A stretch of DNA of 22,407 bases from Paramicrosporidium saccamoebae KSL3 (lineage: Eukaryota > Fungi > Cryptomycota). Position 1 is the first letter of the stretch; the number at the start of each line of letters is the position of its first letter. The notes under the pieces were generated by a model. That model was given only the letters and a program-made list of their open reading frames with translations, was not told the DNA's origin and searched no databases. This document shows, piece by piece, positions 18,248 to 22,407 of this stretch. Location of the stretch: contig MTSL01000010.1 of NCBI GenBank assembly GCA_002794465.1, positions 4,969 to 27,375 of the forward strand, written 5' to 3'. The position numbers were made by a program, and so were the translations under genes.

Positions 18248-19669
18248 ATGCGGATTGGAGACAAGGACCGCTTGGAAAAGTCGCCACCGATGGGCATTCC
18301 CGGTAACCAAGCAAACGTCAAGTCCACTCTCGACAATGGCACCATTGTGGGCTCGTCACCTGGCTCTGCCAGTTTTTTTACGGGTGGCAGTCCTGGAAAG
18401 GACGGTGCAATTGAGCGTGTCATCTTAACTACGTACCCCACGCAAAGCGGCATTCGTCCGGTTCCGCTGAATTGGGGTGCTTCTAGTTCAGAGGAACGAG
18501 GACCTGTCTTGGCTAGCCGTTCCCAGACTGGACCGATAAACAATTTGAAGGAGCGCAATGCCATGGGAGCATATGGTGGGTCATACTCAGTCTATCACGC
18601 CTTGGCAGTCGGTTCAGGGGCTCTGCAGGCCACCCATCGTCCCGACTTCACTGACACTGAACCTCCCGTCAACATTGGACCCTATCCTCAATGGAGTGAG
18701 TCTGACATGAAAATTGTCTCAATGGACCCATGGGGACATATTCCACAGACTGTATTCAAAGATTACTTGGACCGTGGCTACGATCTTCGTCCCACCATTG
18801 CGGTTACAAAGGCCCATATGCGACTCCCAGAGCTGGCAGAGGGCACCTTAAAGCAAGACGGTGTTATTGTTCTTTCCGAGGATGGAGAGATTAACGTGAC
18901 AAAGGCTGCAGTGGAACCAGTCTGGTGGCTTCCTGGAATTGCCTCCCGGTTTGGAATTGACGAGACTAAATTGCGAAGGGCGCTGTTTGAGGACACTGGT
19001 GGAATGTATCCAGAGCTAATCACCCGACCCGACATGAAAGTTTTCTTGCCGCCCATCGGTGGACTGACCATTTACGTCTTTGGGCCTATGGAGTATTTGG
19101 CCGATCCCACCAAGAAGCTCACTGTCCGGGTGCACGATGAATGCAATGGATCCGATGTCTTTGGATCTGACATTTGCACATGCCGTCCGTATCTCATTTA
19201 CGGCATACAACGCTGTGTGGAGACGGCCCAAAAGGGAGGTGTCGGGCTTATTGTATACTTTCGAAAGGAAGGACGTGCACTGGGAGAAGTCACCAAATTC
19301 CTCGTCTACAATGCAAGAAAGAGACAAGCGGGCGGTGACCGCGCCAGCACCTATTTCCAACACACTGAAAACGTCGCTGGCGTCAAAGACATGCGCTTCC
19401 AATCATTGATGCCCGATGTGCTACACTGGCTGGGAGTCCAGAAGATTGACGAAATGATTTCCATGAGCAATATGAAATATGATGCCATTGTCGGAGCAGG
19501 TATTCCCATCTTGGAACGTGTCCCTATCCCTGATGAGATGGTACCACCAGACTCTCAAGTTGAAATGGTGGCTAAAGTGGCCAGCGGATATTTTACCCAG
19601 GGACATGTGCCCACTGAAGCAGAATTGAATGCCGTCAAAGGACGTACTTGGGACGATATCGCCCACTAA
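18248..19669 (+). CDS. urg1: Urg1/Urc1-family GTP cyclohydrolase II-like protein, ~473 aa
   Basis: N-terminal domain (ILTTYP..PLNWG..ERGPV; GGSYSVYHALAV; MDPWGH) plus a cyclohydrolase domain with zinc ligands (RVHDECNGSDVFGSDICTC), YFRKEGRALGEVTK and GVKDMRFQSLMPDVLHWLG. First ATG at 18248. Confidence 0.92.
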   Translation: MRIGDKDRLEKSPPMGIPGNQANVKSTLDNGTIVGSSPGSASFFTGGSPGKDGAIERVILTTYPTQSGIRPVPLNWGASSSEERGPVLASRSQTGPINNLKERNAMGAYGGSYSVYHALAVGSGALQATHRPDFTDTEPPVNIGPYPQWSESDMKIVSMDPWGHIPQTVFKDYLDRGYDLRPTIAVTKAHMRLPELAEGTLKQDGVIVLSEDGEINVTKAAVEPVWWLPGIASRFGIDETKLRRALFEDTGGMYPELITRPDMKVFLPPIGGLTIYVFGPMEYLADPTKKLTVRVHDECNGSDVFGSDICTCRPYLIYGIQRCVETAQKGGVGLIVYFRKEGRALGEVTKFLVYNARKRQAGGDRASTYFQHTENVAGVKDMRFQSLMPDVLHWLGVQKIDEMISMSNMKYDAIVGAGIPILERVPIPDEMVPPDSQVEMVAKVASGYFTQGHVPTEAELNAVKGRTWDDIAH

Positions 19670-19795
19670 CGTGAAAGCGTGTGGGATGACTGGGGCATTA
19701 ATATTTTAAGAGTACAAGTGCTATCTTTGTTTTTCGACTCTTGGCTCTTCACTCTTATTTACGGATTAGCCCCCCTCCCCAATAAAGAGTCTTTA

Positions 19796-20516
19796 TTATA
19801 CACACAAGACTGCAGGACGCTGCATTAGATATTGCTCCCTCGTCAGGGAAGCTTTATATTTCCGGTCATTTAGATCTCCTCGATCCAAGTCACCTAGAAA
19901 GTCTCTACATATTGCCATCCTGTCCAGAAGGTCTTCGTCGGTGAGATGCCACTCTAACAGCTCCAGTTGCAGCTCTCCCATTGGTGCAGTCATCAGGTCG
20001 CTGTAGGTGTATCTTTTCAACTCGTACGTCATGACTGTCGTACTCTTGGCGCCGCCAAACACTTTTTTGTAATACTGTCCATATCGGTGATCGCCGAATT
20101 TGTCCTGTCTGCTGGCTCGTCGAGAGGAGAGTCCAAAGGTCCACATTGGCCCCGTGGACTGGCGACGACTGAGGCGCTTGATCCAGGCTCCAACTACAAA
20201 TCAGCACATTAACCCAAGTCTCACTTGAAACGATCGACGCAGACCGTGTCAGGGTCGATAAGCATCTTGCAGGGCCGCCCTTTTGACCTCCAGTGCTGCG
20301 GGTTGACAGACTTCCCAGCTGCTTTCTCAAATCCCTGATGGTTTTTTCTTTGCGTTCGAGCTCTCGACAAAGCCCTTCGACATTCAAATTTTTATCAGCG
20401 GGGGCAAGATGCTCACCAGAACCGGATTTGGAAAGGCTGATGAGCTCATTGCTGCCGATACGGTTCAGGCCCGAGCGAGAGAACAATAACAGGGACGTGC
20501 TTAGTTTGCTTCGCAT
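19796..20516 (-). CDS. Hypothetical coiled-coil protein with a C-terminal villin-headpiece-like domain, join(complement 20225..20516, 19796..20193), ~229 aa
   Basis: A 31-nt intron joins ORFs 19905..20516 and 19796..20146 in frame (690 nt in total). Coiled-coil LCRELERKEKTIRDLRKQL. The C-terminus (YTYSDL..LEWHLTDED..KYKASL) resembles a headpiece. The 5' end is uncertain. Confidence 0.6.
20194..20224 (-). other. Spliceosomal intron (31 nt)
   Basis: GTGAGA...GCTGAT(branch)TTGTAG. It reconciles two overlapping frames. Confidence 0.75.
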
Positions 20517-20622
20517 TGCCTACCGTGTCCTTGGCAACCCAATCATACACATATTGTCTATTATTAGTAACACTTTGGTCACGTAGTGAAGATGATACCG
20601 CGGCTTTGTCAGGCGATATGTA

Positions 20623-20682
20623 AGATGAGACGAGATGAGATGAGATGAGGTGAGACGAGACGAGACGAGACGAGACAAGACG
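20623..20682. repeat. Pentanucleotide microsatellite (GAGAT/GAGAC)n, ~12 copies
   Basis: agatgagacgagatgagatgagatgaggtgagacgagacgagacgagacgagacaagacg. Confidence 0.92.
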
Positions 20683-20943
20683 TGAATTTATTCATAGTTA
20701 ATCCAATGGCCCTTTTATGGTCTCGCAAATAACATAGTCCTGGAATATCCAGCTAATCGACTCACCCTACATCATATATTGACGGTATATCAAACAATTT
20801 GTCCCCACCACTCAACTAGCTATTATGCAGTGCGCTATAGTAACTATGACAAGAGTTGTAGGTATTAATTTCGGGACGTTGTATCAGCAGTCAGCACATC
20901 TGCACAGCCGCCTTCTAGAGTCCCATGTTCCCTGGTCGTAAAA

Positions 20944-21453
20944 ATGTTCCTTGTATTGCTGCTCGCTCTGGGGACTGCATTTGTTGCATCAGTTATTTCG
21001 GTTCTGAAACGACCTAGACGCCAGATAGAGAGTGACACTATCTACTTGCAGATTGTATTACTGATTGATGGGAGTTTGGCGAGCACCACTTTTGCCCATA
21101 ACCTGGTAACTGCCTTTCGCGACAATTCGTTTGAAAGGATTCGAGTTGCGCAATACGACGACAAAGCTAATGGAGTTGCTGACGCTGACCAAACACTATT
21201 TGTATACCTTGTTCCAGACGCCGAGATTTCATTGTGTGGCATTACATGTACACGAAAAGACGCTGGATTCATCATCATTTCGCTTTCCGACGTGCCTGAG
21301 AACCCGATTGTCCTGAAATGGCAGGCATTTCTGACCAGTCTCTCCATGAGAGAAGTCTGTCCCCCAATATCCATGACCAGTCTCGCAAATCCTCGTATAT
21401 TCCGTGCTCTTTGTCAGAAAATCTTACGTATCATGTCTAAAGCAGTGAAATGA
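20944..21453 (+). CDS. Hypothetical protein with an N-terminal signal/anchor, possibly a degenerate flavodoxin-like fold, 169 aa
   Basis: Hydrophobic N-terminus followed by KRPRR, then alternating beta/alpha segments (IVLLIDG, TFAHNLVTAF, LFVYLVP, FIIISLSD). Confidence 0.6.
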   Translation: MFLVLLLALGTAFVASVISVLKRPRRQIESDTIYLQIVLLIDGSLASTTFAHNLVTAFRDNSFERIRVAQYDDKANGVADADQTLFVYLVPDAEISLCGITCTRKDAGFIIISLSDVPENPIVLKWQAFLTSLSMREVCPPISMTSLANPRIFRALCQKILRIMSKAVK

Positions 21454-21663
21454 TTAGCTGGGCTATAAGTGGGCCAAGCACGGAAAGATTGAAGCTCTAC
21501 CCATGTTTTAGCATCTTTCCCACTACAAGACAGTACTCCCAACTCTAGCCTCTGGACCTTTTAAAATCCAAACTCTAGTTACTAGATTCTAAAGTCCAAA
21601 CTCCCAACGCTCATCACGCAGCACATAATCTTGATCGAGTGTAATAAAGACGGCCCCAATTTA

Positions 21664-22387
21664 ATGTTACTGGCCCGCCTAGTCACGGCCACATTGACGC
21701 GTCGTATCAGTCCTGCTCTACGTCTAATGGGCTCAAGTGCCACGTATTTTACAATTGCTTTGCTAATTCTGTAGTCCTAAAGGTCCCGCCAGGTCAAAGA
21801 TTTACACTCGAACCGGTGACAAAGGTGTTAATATATTATAACCATAGTCCGACTCTTTAGGCAAAACTTCGCTGTATAATGGAACCAGAGTACCAAAGAC
21901 GCACACCATCATCGAGACGCTGGGAAATACTGATGAATTAACTAGTAACATTGGAGTGGCACTTGAATATTGTCGTTCCCACCCTGCGTTGGCCGAGCTT
22001 TGTGAACGTCTAGTATATATCCAGTGTCGACTACAAGAGCTCAATTCGCACATTGCCACACCAGGCACAGACACCAAACCATCCATTCTCTTTGATGACA
22101 ACGGCGCTCATGCAACCCAGCTCGAGTCTTGGATTGACTTGATGGATGCCCAGCTTCCTCCTCTCAAGACATTCATATTACCGTCAGGTGGATTGGAGAG
22201 TGCGCATCTTCATGTAGCACGAGCAGTGTGCCGCCGCGCCGAACGGTCTCTGCACGGAATTATTGAAGCAGAGGGTGGGAGTCCGGCAGCGGGAAAGTTT
22301 CTTAATCGGCTCAGCGATTTCTTATTCACCGCCGCGAGATTTGCCTGCCAAGCAACTGGTAACAACGAGGTGCCATATAAAAAATAA
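21664..22387 (+). CDS. MMAB: Mitochondrial ATP:cob(I)alamin adenosyltransferase (PduO/MMAB), join(21664..21743,21775..21824,21861..22387), ~218 aa
   Basis: Splicing restores the Arg-rich presequence (MLLARLVTATLTRRISPALRLM) and the signature KIYTRTGDKGKTSL. Also GNTDELTSNIG, FILPSGG, HVARAVCRRAER and FLNRLSDFLF. Confidence 0.95.
21744..21774 (+). other. Spliceosomal intron 1 (31 nt) in MMAB
   Basis: GTATTT...GCTAAT(branch)TCTGTAG. Confidence 0.82.
21825..21860 (+). other. Spliceosomal intron 2 (36 nt) in MMAB
   Basis: GTGTTA...CTCTTTAG. It splits the conserved GDKG|KT motif. Confidence 0.88.
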
Positions 22388-22407
22388 CAGGATCTTTATT
22401 TGTCGCA

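Noticed and set aside
18248-19669. Riboflavin-pathway RIB1/RibA assignment
   Set aside because: The long N-terminal domain and motif set match the Urg1/Urc1 subfamily rather than canonical GTP cyclohydrolase II.

Overview
This is eukaryotic DNA from a gene-dense genome with tiny (30-36 nt) GT-AG introns. The gene content (mitoribosomal DAP3, mitochondrial MMAB, KAT14/ATAC2, bromodomain-bearing TAF1, Urg1/Urc1) points to an early-diverging fungus or fungal relative that retains mitochondria. A Rozellomycota such as Paramicrosporidium is plausible but unverified. There are twelve protein-coding genes: TAF1; a type I membrane protein; KAT14/CSRP2BP; a 1429-aa secreted orphan; a Tra2-like RRM/RS protein; DAP3/MRPS29; two tandem atypical homeodomain-like paralogs; Urg1/Urc1 GTP cyclohydrolase II-like; a villin-headpiece-like protein; a membrane-anchored flavodoxin-like orphan; and MMAB. 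The strongest unannotated signal is a two-hairpin box H/ACA snoRNA candidate at 6475-6693, whose first pocket matches a conserved 18S rRNA site. A 20-bp AAAGTACT array follows it directly, and the array's core recurs downstream of several other genes. The two large extracellular orphans appear to share a Cys-pair repeat module. No CRISPR array, tRNA, rRNA or transposase was found.
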